Source of the DNA: Thermoplasmata archaeon
Lineage (GTDB): Archaea; Thermoplasmatota; Thermoplasmata; Lutacidiplasmatales; UBA184
Reading direction: 5' to 3'
Assembly: GCA_022750375.1 (NCBI GenBank)
Contig: JAKIVU010000001.1
Span: 96,695-157,247 of the forward strand
Length of the DNA: 60,553 bases
Position 1 is the stretch's first letter. Each line of letters starts with the position of its first letter. The notes under the pieces are model-generated. The model searched no databases and was not told the origin of the DNA. It worked only from the letters and a program-made list of their open reading frames with translations. The translations under genes were made by a program, and so were the position numbers. Shown here piece after piece: positions 1-9,564 of the stretch.

Positions 1-3000
1 CGGGGTAGACGCCGAGGGCGAGGGACGGCGACGAGACGGTGAGCTCCGCGGAGTCGGTGAGGCTCGCATAGGGGAGCCAGCTCCCCACGGAGCCGGCGCC
101 CAGCACGCATTTCTCGAGCTGATGGGACGCGGTCGTGTTCACCACCGAGCAGCCCGGAGGTAGGTCGCTCCAGGAGAACGTGAACGGCTGCCAACCGTCA
201 ACGCCGGTAAGACCGAAGTAGACCGTTTGGCCGACCTCCGCGATGCTCGCGGAGGAGTTGAGGAAGATCTGCGGATCCGGGGCCACGTTCAACGAGTTCA
301 ACCACGTGCTCGACTGGAGTGTGGTGATCTCGGGGAATCCGCTCGTATCGGTGATGACCGCGCTCGGGTCGTAGTACGTCCCATAGGTGTAACTCGAGCC
401 GTACTGGCCGAACCCCGGGTAGTCGACGGAGCAGGTAAACGACGTGACGAGGGCGGACGGGGGAGCGCAGCCGGTCGGGAGGCCACTCCAATCGAGATGG
501 TAGCTACCGGTTCCCCCGCCCGTGGCGCCGAGAGAGAACGTGACCTGTTGGCCCAGGTCGACGTACGTCGGGGTGAATCCCGGCCCCTGGGAGCTCAGGA
601 ACTGGCCGAACGCCCAAGAATACGGAACGTAAAATTCCGTGAATTCTCCGAGAGCGTAGTTGTAGAATGCCGAGGAGCCCCCGGCCGTGATCAAGTATCC
701 GTCCGCCGCGTCGTAGGCGGCGGACGTCTGGACTAGGTATGTACTTATGCCGTAAAGGTACCCAAAACAGGTCGCGCCACCGCACTGGTACCACTGCGTT
801 CCCTGGAACAGGAACGTCACGCCGGCGTACCCGGTCCCCACGAGCACGAGCGCCTTCGCGGCCCCGTCGTAGACCAGGACAGCGTCGGCGATGTATCCGG
901 GGGTAGGCGACGCGCAGGCCGGTTGGGATGGTCCGCCGCAGCTCCCGAGCTGCGTCCACCCCGAGTACAGGTCGGTCAAGAGCCAGGTATCACCGAAACT
1001 GTTGGTGTAATTCTGACCGCCGAAGAGAACGATCTCGCTATCGTGGGGGTCCCACGCCATCGCCATCACGAACCGGGGGGAGGGGGCATGGACCCCCTCG
1101 TACGCGGTGAAGTTCGTCCAGTAGCCGGTGTGGGAGCCGGTGGACGTGAACGCCCACGTCTCCCCGTTCGGTCCGTGATCGGTGTAACCCCCGAAGAGCA
1201 CCATATCGCCGGTCGACTGGTCGAAAGCCAAGCCGGCGCTCGCCCGAGGGGACGGTGCGTATTCCCCGTCGCAAAGTTCCATGCAAATCAGGAACCAGTC
1301 TCCCCCTTGGAATCCCCAGGTTTCGTTCGAGGTGCCGATGACGGAAGAGACTCCCCCGAAGAGCAGTAGGTACCCCGCCGTGGGGTCGTACGACATGCTT
1401 GCGGCTTCGAGGGTCGGAGGAGAATCCGCGGGTTCCAGCTCGGTCCATGACCCCGCGGAGAACTTCCATGTGGCGGACGAAATCGACAGGCTGGGCTGCA
1501 GGTACCCCCCGAACAGGACGACGTATCCGTCCGCGTTGTCGTACGCCATGGCGGCATTGAAGAGCGTTCCCGGTCCGACGCTCGCCGGCGGAGTCAACGC
1601 GTTCCAGTTGCCCCCGAGGAATCCATAGAGCAGGTCGGGAGGAGTGTAGAGGTCCGACTCACCCCCGAAGAGGAGCAGATATTCGTCCCCCGCGGAGAAA
1701 TCGAACGTCAGCCCCGCTCCGTTCCTTCCGTCCGGGACGGTTGAGGGGGCGAGCAGGGTCCACGTTCCCGCGGTGAATTTCCAGGAGTCGGTGAGGACGA
1801 ATGAACTTCCGGGCGCGCTGGATTGATTGTTTCCCCCGAACAACACCGCGTACCCATCCACCGGGTCGTAGGCGAAGGAAGCTTCCGTCCGCCCGGACGG
1901 CGCCCTACCGGCGGGACACGGACCGGTCGCAGCGTTCCCGCAGAGGATCGGGGTCGGTACCTGCACCCAGCCGTCGGTCGAGTTGAACTCCCAAGTGTCG
2001 TTACAGAAGCCGGTGGGGGCCAAACAGCCACTCCCACCGTAACCTCCGAAGAGGATCGCATGCTGACTATCGGAGTCGTACTCCATCGACAGTTCGTATC
2101 GCGCCGGCGGGACGCCCGCCGAGTGCACCCGGGTCCAGCTGTCGGACGCCCAGTACCAGGTATCGTTGCAGAGGAAGGCGGCGCATTGAGGGGAGCTTCC
2201 ACCGAACAGCACGTCCGCCCCGATTCCCACCGGCTGAACGATCGACGGATCGTACACGAGGCCGAATCCGAAGCGGGGGGTCGGTCCCTCGACGTGCATC
2301 TGGGTCCAGACGCCGGCCTTGAACAGCCAAGTATCGTTGAGGTAGCCGCCGGTGCCCGGGGTGTATCCTCCGAACAACATGACCGCGTTATCCCATCCGG
2401 AGTAGGCGAGTCCCGACGAGTCCCGTGCCTCGGGCGAAATGAGGGGGGCCAGCTCGGTCCAGACTCCGCCCTGATACGTCCACGTGTCGCCGAGATAGGT
2501 TCCCGAGGCGTTCGAGCCTCCGAACAGGACGACGTAGTTGTCCGCAGGATCCCAGGTCATCGCGAAGTTGATGTATCCCCTAGAAGAGGGCACCCCGACG
2601 ACCTCCCATCCGACGTTCGTCGCGGGGGTCTCGGCGCCGGCGGCGAGCGTTGCCGCGGGGCCGCGGGGAGAAGAATCCCCGCCGCACCGGACGGATTCGA
2701 GTGCGGACGTCGAGCCTTGGCAGCCGAGGGATGCGCCCTCGGCCGGGCCGAGCCCTCGTTCGAGTGAGGTTTCCGCAGATTGGAGTTCAGCCTCGGGTGC
2801 GCTCGGTGGAGGGAGCGCCGATGTCCCCAAGGCGTTCGGGCTCGATGGGGTTCGAGGCGCCGGCACGCTCGGAGAGCTCGAAGGCGAGAGAAGGTGGGAA
2901 ATCACGCTGGGGCCCCGGTTCGAAATATTGGCGAGTGCCCCCGAGACGAGGACGATGGCGACGATCGCGAACACCGCGAGAGCGGTCCTCCAGATCCCGC

Positions 3001-3079
3001 GGGTCCGTCCTTTCCCGACCGCGCCTCTCCTCAGGGGAGGGCGTCTCTTCCGGAAGGGTCCGGCAAGCACCACGGACAT
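1..3079 (-). CDS. Large surface Kelch-repeat (double beta-propeller) protein with downstream Ig/PKD-like domains; 3' end runs off the window
   Basis: Absent from the ORF track because it has no stop in the window. Manual translation from ATG 3079 (MSVVLAGPFRKRR...TALAVFAIVAIVLVSG, signal/TM) stays open to position 1. Twelve repeats of type 'AYD...YVVLFGG...DTW.F..G.W', then 'WSGLPTGC' and 'WSDLPPGC' beta-rich domains. Confidence 0.85.
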   Translation of the reverse strand, partial: MSVVLAGPFRKRRPPLRRGAVGKGRTRGIWRTALAVFAIVAIVLVSGALANISNRGPSVISHLLSPSSSPSVPAPRTPSSPNALGTSALPPPSAPEAELQSAETSLERGLGPAEGASLGCQGSTSALESVRCGGDSSPRGPAATLAAGAETPATNVGWEVVGVPSSRGYINFAMTWDPADNYVVLFGGSNASGTYLGDTWTYQGGVWTELAPLISPEARDSSGLAYSGWDNAVMLFGGYTPGTGGYLNDTWLFKAGVWTQMHVEGPTPRFGFGLVYDPSIVQPVGIGADVLFGGSSPQCAAFLCNDTWYWASDSWTRVHSAGVPPARYELSMEYDSDSQHAILFGGYGGSGCLAPTGFCNDTWEFNSTDGWVQVPTPILCGNAATGPCPAGRAPSGRTEASFAYDPVDGYAVLFGGNNQSSAPGSSFVLTDSWKFTAGTWTLLAPSTVPDGRNGAGLTFDFSAGDEYLLLFGGESDLYTPPDLLYGFLGGNWNALTPPASVGPGTLFNAAMAYDNADGYVVLFGGYLQPSLSISSATWKFSAGSWTELEPADSPPTLEAASMSYDPTAGYLLLFGGVSSVIGTSNETWGFQGGDWFLICMELCDGEYAPSPRASAGLAFDQSTGDMVLFGGYTDHGPNGETWAFTSTGSHTGYWTNFTAYEGVHAPSPRFVMAMAWDPHDSEIVLFGGQNYTNSFGDTWLLTDLYSGWTQLGSCGGPSQPACASPTPGYIADAVLVYDGAAKALVLVGTGYAGVTFLFQGTQWYQCGGATCFGYLYGISTYLVQTSAAYDAADGYLITAGGSSAFYNYALGEFTEFYVPYSWAFGQFLSSQGPGFTPTYVDLGQQVTFSLGATGGGTGSYHLDWSGLPTGCAPPSALVTSFTCSVDYPGFGQYGSSYTYGTYYDPSAVITDTSGFPEITTLQSSTWLNSLNVAPDPQIFLNSSASIAEVGQTVYFGLTGVDGWQPFTFSWSDLPPGCSVVNTTASHQLEKCVLGAGSVGSWLPYASLTDSAELTVSSPSLALGVYP

Positions 3080-3282
3080 TTTGGAGCTCGTTCTCCCCAC
3101 CCCCGGGCAGAGGGCCGTCGAAACCGAACCAGAATCCTGGGCATAAACTCTCGTCGAACTCCCACCGCCGGCGGTCGGACCACGAAGTGCTTAGTAGGAG
3201 GAAGAACCCCGACACGATCTCCCGAGTCGCGCCCGGGCGAAGGAACCGGTCGGGTCGCCCACACCCACCAGGAACTGGACCC

Positions 3283-4350
3283 TCAACTCAGCACCTCGGC
3301 GAGCCGACCCTCGGCTCGTCCGCGCTTGATCTCTCGGGCGATGCGCCGCCCGGTCGAGAGCCCGGGTTCGATGAGGTCGGAGTACGGACTTCCCGAAATG
3401 AACAGATTCGTCCCCGCGACAATTCGGGTGGAGATCTCGAAGACCTTGAACTCGAGGTCCTCGGTCATGATTCCCTCGATACAGAACGGACCGACCATCC
3501 CCCCGAACAGGTCGATCGAGCGCTCCACGATGCGCGCGGCGACTTCGAAGGCTCGCGGGAGGAGCGACTCGCGCAGAATGACCGGTACGTTGCCTGTGAC
3601 CACAAACGTCGGCCGGAGCCCGGCTTTCATCAGTTCCTCCTGAGCACCGAGCTTGTAGAGCTCGTCGATGTTCGCCTCGTCCCGTCGGTCCATCCCGAGG
3701 AGTTCGAGCGACCCCTCGCGGAGCCGGTAGCCGCCGTCGGTGATCGGCGAGTAGAAGAAATGCATGTAGTACCGGGTTCCCAACACGTACTCTTGGATGA
3801 CGTGTGGACCCGTGGGGTGGAACCCTTCGAGCGCTTCGCGGTTCTTGGCGAGGAAGAAGCCCTTGCCGCCCTTCGCGCCGTAATACTTCACGATCACCGG
3901 ACCGTCGATCTGCTTAGGGTCCTCGAAGAGCTTCGGCATCGTGACGCCCGCGGACTCGAGCCAGTCGCGCTCTTTTCGCCGGTCCGATTCCCAGCCGAGG
4001 ACCGCGCGGTTGCCGAATACGGGCACGTCCATCGTCGCGAACGCCTCGGGACCGAGGTACTCCACGAACGATCCGTGGGGGACGATGATCGCGCCGTCCT
4101 CGCGCAACTTGTCCGTGACCTTGGGCAGGTCCTTGACCGTTGGAACGGAGAGGAACTGGTCGGGCCGCGCCAGCGGGAACGCGTCGTAGAACTTCGGTGG
4201 GGACCCTACGCAGATGCCGAGCGTCGGGAAACCTTCGATGCGGGCCCCGTGAAAGATCTGCAGCGAAGAGTGGGAACAAAGGGTCGCGATCGTCGGGGTT
4301 CGGCCGTTCACGGACTCGAGACGCGCTTCCGATGCGAGGGGAATCCCCAT
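3283..4350 (-). CDS. purP: 5-formaminoimidazole-4-carboxamide ribonucleotide synthetase (PurP family, ATP-grasp)
   Basis: IATLCSHSSLQIFHGA, VPHGSFVEY, GAKGGKGFF, VFEISTRIVAGTN, STGRRIAREIK are PurP signatures. Start moved to ATG 4350. Confidence 0.92.
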   Translation of the reverse strand: MGIPLASEARLESVNGRTPTIATLCSHSSLQIFHGARIEGFPTLGICVGSPPKFYDAFPLARPDQFLSVPTVKDLPKVTDKLREDGAIIVPHGSFVEYLGPEAFATMDVPVFGNRAVLGWESDRRKERDWLESAGVTMPKLFEDPKQIDGPVIVKYYGAKGGKGFFLAKNREALEGFHPTGPHVIQEYVLGTRYYMHFFYSPITDGGYRLREGSLELLGMDRRDEANIDELYKLGAQEELMKAGLRPTFVVTGNVPVILRESLLPRAFEVAARIVERSIDLFGGMVGPFCIEGIMTEDLEFKVFEISTRIVAGTNLFISGSPYSDLIEPGLSTGRRIAREIKRGRAEGRLAEVLS

Positions 4351-4409
4351 ACGGGGGAGTATTGGGAGACCAACATAGCCCTTACGGGCGCCGCTCCTCG
4401 AACGGGGAG

Positions 4410-5612
4410 TTATCCGTCGCCGGCCGTGCCTTCCAGCTCCCAGTACCACTTCACGCGACGCGCTCCGGTCTCCGCGAGCTTGCGTCGAAGTTCGGGGTCG
4501 ACCGACGGGTCCCGGACGAGACGGCGAACCTCTTCGGGGCGGCCGGTCGGGAGGCGCGAGGTGAGTCCGAGTCTGTCGAGCTCGGGCCGCACGCCTTCGA
4601 GCGAGTATTGCCAGGCTTCCTCTCGCCGGCGCACAGCCACTGACCGCGAGCCGGGCAGCCGATGGATCCCCAACTCCTCCGCGGCGTGGTGGAGCTCCTC
4701 CGCCGTATCGCGAAGCTCAGTTCCCACCCGAGCCTCCTCGTTCCGGAGCCGGTCGAACCGGTCCACCAAGTCTCGGAGACGCGTCTCGTCGGAGACGGGC
4801 ACGGTCCGGAACTCGGGGCAGATCGACCGGAAATCGCATCGACTGCAATGGCGACCGGGCGTGGGCTCGTACGCTTCCGCCCGCAGGCCGTCACTCACCG
4901 TGCCCATCCGGTCGTAGAGGGTCGTGAGCGAACTCCGGTCGCGCGGGGGCACACGAAGTGGGGTCAGCGAACGCAGGTGGTAGAGCGTCAGTCCCCCCAC
5001 CGGCTCAGAGTAATTGCTCTCGACCAGTACCTGATAGATCGACAGCTGATCGGATTCCTTCGCATCCCCGGCCGTCAACTCGCGCGACGTCTTGTAGTCG
5101 AGAATCTCGAGGCCCCCGGTGGGATTGCGATCGATCCGGTCGATGTATCCGTGGATGGGGATCCCGTCCCATCGGGCCTCCAAGTGTTGCTCGATTGCGA
5201 CCGGCTGCGGCGGTTCCCGCACGAGCCGGTCGTAGTACCGCGTGAGCAGATCGCGGCCCAACGTCCGGTATCTCGCTTCCTCTTCCGGGGTCGTGTAGCC
5301 TTCCCCGGTCCAGGACCGGTCGTACTGCGATAGCATCTGCTCCCGAGACATCAGCGCAGGCGCGGCCGCCGCTCGCGCCCGCGACTGCCAGTCGTCGAGT
5401 GTTCGCTGGGAGTCCGACTCGCCGGCCCGTCGAGCGCTCGGAACCACCAGCGGCCGTAGGAGTTCCTCGAGGACCGAGTGAACGACTCGACCGAACGTGA
5501 AGTACCCGTGGGGCGTTTCGGGAAGTCGGTCGATGTAGAGGAACTTCCAACGAAGGGGGCACTCGAGGTAGGTTCGGTACGAGGAGTAGCTCAGCGCGGA
5601 GGTAGAGGGCAC
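4410..5612 (-). CDS. PD-(D/E)XK nuclease, RecB/AddB/Cas4-like, with 4-Cys Fe-S motif
   Basis: LSYSS...ECPLRW, G...HS.LE, GYIDRID, ILDYKT, QLSIY, C-terminal CSRCDFRSIC; coiled-coil-like tail. Confidence 0.85.
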   Translation of the reverse strand: MPSTSALSYSSYRTYLECPLRWKFLYIDRLPETPHGYFTFGRVVHSVLEELLRPLVVPSARRAGESDSQRTLDDWQSRARAAAAPALMSREQMLSQYDRSWTGEGYTTPEEEARYRTLGRDLLTRYYDRLVREPPQPVAIEQHLEARWDGIPIHGYIDRIDRNPTGGLEILDYKTSRELTAGDAKESDQLSIYQVLVESNYSEPVGGLTLYHLRSLTPLRVPPRDRSSLTTLYDRMGTVSDGLRAEAYEPTPGRHCSRCDFRSICPEFRTVPVSDETRLRDLVDRFDRLRNEEARVGTELRDTAEELHHAAEELGIHRLPGSRSVAVRRREEAWQYSLEGVRPELDRLGLTSRLPTGRPEEVRRLVRDPSVDPELRRKLAETGARRVKWYWELEGTAGDG

Positions 5613-5676
5613 ACCGGGCGAGCCGCCCGGGAGTTCAAGTGGTTTCCGGGGGCTCTCGCCCCCGGGGGCCTCGCGA

Positions 5677-6771
5677 CTAGTGGCCCGCAGCCGCGGCGTC
5701 CGCCTCGACCTTCTCGCCGGTTTCAGAGGGGAGGCTCCCTCGTGCCTGAGGGTTGGTCAGGTTCTTCGGGAGGCCCAAGAGGTCGAGGAGCTCCTTGTAG
5801 TGGTTGCGGATCGTTACCGGGGTAACGTTCGCCACGGCCGCGATACGGTCCTGGCTGCGCGGCTCTCCCATCAGGTTCGACGCGATGTAGATGATCGTCG
5901 CGAGGATCCCGTTCGGGAGCACACCGCTCGTCGAGTAGACCTGCTCGACCTGTTCCAAGAGCGAGAGCACCTTCTGGCGGACCTCCTTCGAGAGGTTGAG
6001 GTCCTGCGTGAACCGAACGAGGTAGTCGCGCGGTTCCACAGGCTTGAGCCCCAGCTTGAGTTCGCGGGCGAGAAGTGTGTACGCTCGGCCGACCTCGATC
6101 TTCGTCGCCTTCGAGTGGGCGATGATCTCCTTCATTGTCCGGGGGACGTGGCACTGACGGCACGCGGCGTAAACGCTGGCGGCCACGAGCGCGACAATCT
6201 TCTTACCGCGAGTCGCCTTGTGCTCGAGCGCGCGACGATAGATGTAGGTCGCCGACTCCTTGACCTCCCGCGAGAGCCCCAAGACGCCCGCGAGTCGATT
6301 CAATTCGCCCAACGCGACCACGAGGTTTCGTTGGTGGGTTCGGGCGGCGCGCAGTCGGTGGTTGAGCTTGCGCAGGTGGTAGAACTTGAGCGAGGTGTTC
6401 CGGGAAAGAGAATTCCCCTGGAAGTCCCGCGTTGGCACGCCGATTTCGCTGAACAGGCCCTTGTCGGGCATGAGCGGCGAGATGACCGGGCCCCAGCCTC
6501 GGGCCTCGCGTCCCGTGTCTTCCTTCGAGCCCCGCTGGCCGCGGTCGCTCACCAGAGCGCTTGCGTCCACTACGAGGCCACAATCGGCGCAGACGATCTC
6601 CCCACGGATCTCGTCACGGATGAGGTGAGACGAGCCGCAATTCGGACAAACGTCCGAGTCGGGAGGAATGGCAGGGACCACCATCGGCGTCGCGGCGGGA
6701 GCGGGCGCCCGGCGGGCAGTCTTAGGACTGGCGGAGCGGCTACGCGTAGAGGAGGTAGATGACGCGCTCAT
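5677..6771 (-). CDS. tfb: Transcription initiation factor IIB (TFB), divergent paralog
   Basis: Zn ribbon CPNC...CADCG, two cyclin repeats (AASVYAACRQ...PRT; IYIAS...Q..IA.VANVTPVTIRNHYKEL). Confidence 0.93.
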   Translation of the reverse strand: MSASSTSSTRSRSASPKTARRAPAPAATPMVVPAIPPDSDVCPNCGSSHLIRDEIRGEIVCADCGLVVDASALVSDRGQRGSKEDTGREARGWGPVISPLMPDKGLFSEIGVPTRDFQGNSLSRNTSLKFYHLRKLNHRLRAARTHQRNLVVALGELNRLAGVLGLSREVKESATYIYRRALEHKATRGKKIVALVAASVYAACRQCHVPRTMKEIIAHSKATKIEVGRAYTLLARELKLGLKPVEPRDYLVRFTQDLNLSKEVRQKVLSLLEQVEQVYSTSGVLPNGILATIIYIASNLMGEPRSQDRIAAVANVTPVTIRNHYKELLDLLGLPKNLTNPQARGSLPSETGEKVEADAAAAGH

Positions 6772-6800
6772 GGTTTCTGGGCGGCATAATCGAAGGCCCG

Positions 6801-6809
6801 TATATATAA
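6801..6809 (-). promoter_or_regulatory. TATA box upstream of tfb
   Basis: TTATATATA on the minus strand about 30 nt upstream of the tfb ATG in a GC-rich background. Confidence 0.6.
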
Positions 6810-6959
6810 CTTAGGCCTTGCGATGTCGCTCTTGTTTGATACAGGTGCTACACCGTGAGCAACTATAGCATGGCTTTGGGACGCGATTGCTTCTGGCAGA
6901 GCCATTTCGTTTCACCTCGGGGGATATCGTTTCAGCACATCAGGGATTGGGTTCGTTGA

Positions 6960-7229
6960 ATGCGTGGCCCTTACCTTGGGCTTCTGATAGTCTCGGGCAT
7001 ACTCATCAGCGTGGGGTTCATCGTATTCATTTCGGCCTACGACGCGGGATGTGGCCCCTCGCCGCGGTCGGGCTGCCCGGTCTCGGGATGCCACTCGGGT
7101 ACGACGTCCCACTGTATCGCTCCGTCTGTGGAGACCTTGGGGGGCCTTCTGATGGGCGGGGGTCTTGCGATTGCCGGTGGATCTACGGCATGGGCGAAAT
7201 GGCCCAAACACGCCCAAGCTCACAGCTGA
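6960..7229 (+). CDS. Small hypothetical membrane protein (two TM helices flanking a 4-Cys loop)
   Basis: 89 aa: hydrophobic segment, loop GCGPSPRSGCPVSGCHSGTTSHC, second hydrophobic segment, basic tail. Confidence 0.5.
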   Translation: MRGPYLGLLIVSGILISVGFIVFISAYDAGCGPSPRSGCPVSGCHSGTTSHCIAPSVETLGGLLMGGGLAIAGGSTAWAKWPKHAQAHS

Positions 7230-7391
7230 TCGGACCCCCGAGCCGTGGAGAAAGCCGGTGCAATACCGTTCTCAAACATCTCGTGCACCACAACAGTCAG
7301 ATTGTACGCGATCAGCTTGCACAAGACTTCGTTCACCTGCGCGACCCGGTTCTTTAGCCGGATGTTCTCCCCGAACTTTCGCTTTAGGGCC
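7220..7391 (-). pseudogene. C-terminal remnant of a DDE transposase (IS4/IS5-like)
   Basis: ALKRKFGENIRLKNRVAQVNEVLCKLIAYNLTVVVHEMFENGI matches the K-R-K-FG...LxYNL C-terminus of DDE transposases; the catalytic upstream part is missing. Confidence 0.7.
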
Positions 7392-7798
7392 TTCAATCGG
7401 ATGGCCCCGACCGACTCTATTCGCCGGGGAGAGCCCGGGCTCCCCAATCAGCCCACCCCCAGAGGGGATGCGGTTCTTGGACTCACCACTGGAACGAGAT
7501 GGACCCACGTACCCCGAGATCGTCCCGAGTCACTGACCTCGTCCCAAAGCCCTATGGCATGGCCATTAAACCCGGATGGGCGGTGTCGGCCAACCTTGTT
7601 TCGGGACGGCTCATCAATTTTCACGGATGCCGTCACCAATAGCCGAGTTTGCCTTTGCAGGGGCGACGACGTGGGGGTCGTCGCTCGCGGCTCCGACACG
7701 GTTGAATACCCTCGTCCTTCCATGGTGGCACCAGACAACCTCGACGGGACCAAAGACGGCACGAAATTGGATTCTCGAAAGGTAGAGGAGTCCCGAAG

Positions 7799-8362
7799 AT
7801 GAGAGAAGTCGTTGCGCACCTGATCATTACCCTCGATGGAGTGGTGACCTTCGAGGCCGTGCACGACGCCGTGGTTCGGATGTCCAACGGTAAGGTTGCG
7901 AAAGACATGGCACGGCAGCTCGCACAGGAAGACGCAATGCTCCTGGGGCGGAAGACCTACGACGCGTGGTCGCAGTTTTGGCCGTCCTCGAACATCCAGC
8001 CGTTCGCCGACCACATCAACTCGGTGCGAAAGTACGTTGTGACCAATTCGTTGAAGGAGGTACCCTGGGGCATCGCCGGAAACGCGACCGTGGTCTCGGG
8101 TGACGTTCGAAAGTCCATCCTCAAACTCAAGTCACAGCGAGGGAAAACCATCGGGGTGCATGGGAGCCCGTCTCTCGCTCGCTCTCTGATACGGAACAAT
8201 CTTCTCGACCGACTCCACCTCATGCTATTCCCGGTCGTCGCGGGCACGGGCGCGCGCCTCTTCGAAGGCGAGTTCGTCTCGCAGAAAATGAAAATTGTCG
8301 ACCTGATCAGGAATCAAAACGGGGTCCTTGCCGTCACGTACCGACCTACAGGACACCTGTGA
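7799..8362 (+). CDS. Dihydrofolate reductase-like / RibD C-terminal domain protein
   Basis: ITLDGV, MLLGRKTYD, KYVVT, IGVHGSPSLA, LLDRLHLMLFPVVAGTGARLF. Confidence 0.88.
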   Translation: MREVVAHLIITLDGVVTFEAVHDAVVRMSNGKVAKDMARQLAQEDAMLLGRKTYDAWSQFWPSSNIQPFADHINSVRKYVVTNSLKEVPWGIAGNATVVSGDVRKSILKLKSQRGKTIGVHGSPSLARSLIRNNLLDRLHLMLFPVVAGTGARLFEGEFVSQKMKIVDLIRNQNGVLAVTYRPTGHL

Positions 8363-8468
8363 AGACTTCCAGGTGATAGACGAACGCAGGGTCCGAGATT
8401 GGACTCTTGACTATCTCAGGGTACACAACCGATTTAGTGTGCGCCGATTAAGCGTTCATGAGGGTGAT

Positions 8469-8957
8469 GTGAGCGGAGTAACCAAGAGTGCGTTCAATGA
8501 CGCTCCCCTGGGCGGCCCAGAGAGCTGCATCAACCCATCGTTTCCGCCGAAGCGTTACCTCAAGGTTCGATTTAGTAAGTGTCCGGTCGGACTGTCCGTC
8601 GGCGTCCTCGGACGGAAGTGGGCCCTGCTGATTCTTCGCGACATCGGGGCCTACGGAGTGGACCGGTTCAACCGCCTACTGGAGTCGATCCCGGGAATTC
8701 CTCCCAAGGTTCTGAGCACGCGTCTGCGGGAACTCGAATCATTGGGGCTCATCCAGAAGTTGGAAACGAGCCGCACTCCCATCCGGGTCCGATGGGGCCT
8801 CACGGACCGAGGGAGAGACCTGATCCCGGTCATGATGATGATCACCGCGTTTCAGTCCAAACATAATCCCGAACTAATCCACCCAGGAAAATCCTCAATG
8901 AAGGTCCACGAGATGTACGACCAAGAGGCCATGCGAATTCTCAACGAGATGCTCTGA
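8469..8957 (+). CDS. HxlR-family winged-helix transcriptional regulator
   Basis: CPV...VLGRKWALLILRD, RFNRLLESIPGIPPKVLSTRLRELE, LTDRGRDL. Start placed at GTG 8469 (uncertain). Confidence 0.88.
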   Translation: MSGVTKSAFNDAPLGGPESCINPSFPPKRYLKVRFSKCPVGLSVGVLGRKWALLILRDIGAYGVDRFNRLLESIPGIPPKVLSTRLRELESLGLIQKLETSRTPIRVRWGLTDRGRDLIPVMMMITAFQSKHNPELIHPGKSSMKVHEMYDQEAMRILNEML

Positions 8958-9120
8958 AGCGCTCTCGTCGAAGTGTCGTTGGTCCGTTGAACATCGTGGG
9001 TACCTGTCGCCTCCGTTTCCCTCTCATCGGGGTCCCGTTCGTCCAAACTTCTAGTATTAACTGCTAAGGGAGCGAAAGGACTGCTGCTAACTCTTCTACG
9101 TAGTCGGCGTGGCGAGATTC

Positions 9121-9564
9121 ATGCCGATGATCGACGTCTACGCGGCCGCGAACCTCTTTCCGGCAGGAACGGACCGCCAGCTGGGCGAGGAGCTCACGAT
9201 GGCGGTTCTTCGTGCCGAGGGAGTGGCGACCCCCGGTCCCTTCCACTTGAACAACACAGCGGCGTACATCCACCGAATGGACCCCAAGGCGGTGCACACT
9301 GCGGCGACTGACTCCGCCCGCACGGTGCGCGTTCAGGTCATCACGCCTCCCGCGGCATTGACGCGTGAGGGTCAGAAGCAGCTCGTGAAGGAGATCACCG
9401 AAATTGTCACCAAGATCTCCGGCGACCCCACTCAAGCCGGCCGCACCTGGGTGCTGCTGACCGAGGCCGCCGAAGGCGGATGGGGGCTCGCGGGCACCGC
9501 CTTTGGCCGAGAGGAGTTCGCGGCCCTCGCCGCGAAAGCGGCCGCCGCGCGCGGCGCAAAGTGA
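9121..9564 (+). CDS. Tautomerase superfamily protein (two fused beta-alpha-beta units)
   Basis: Begins M-P-MIDVY (catalytic Pro1 after Met removal); VRVQVITP...QKQLVKEITE...TWVLLTE...GGWG. Confidence 0.85.
   Translation: MPMIDVYAAANLFPAGTDRQLGEELTMAVLRAEGVATPGPFHLNNTAAYIHRMDPKAVHTAATDSARTVRVQVITPPAALTREGQKQLVKEITEIVTKISGDPTQAGRTWVLLTEAAEGGWGLAGTAFGREEFAALAAKAAAARGAK

Noticed and set aside
2650-4917. 755-aa + strand ORF
   Set aside because: Antisense shadow of purP and its neighbours; Arg/Pro-rich with no motifs, as expected at high GC.
6870-6959. 29-codon ORF upstream of the small membrane protein
   Set aside because: Atypical codon usage and no recognisable features.
4410-7800. Possible CRISPR-Cas locus around the Cas4-like gene
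   Set aside because: No repeat-spacer array and no other cas genes seen in the window.
8421-8442. Imperfect palindrome GTACAC-N10-GTGTGC before the HxlR gene
   Set aside because: Short and mismatched, with no second copy found; could be chance.
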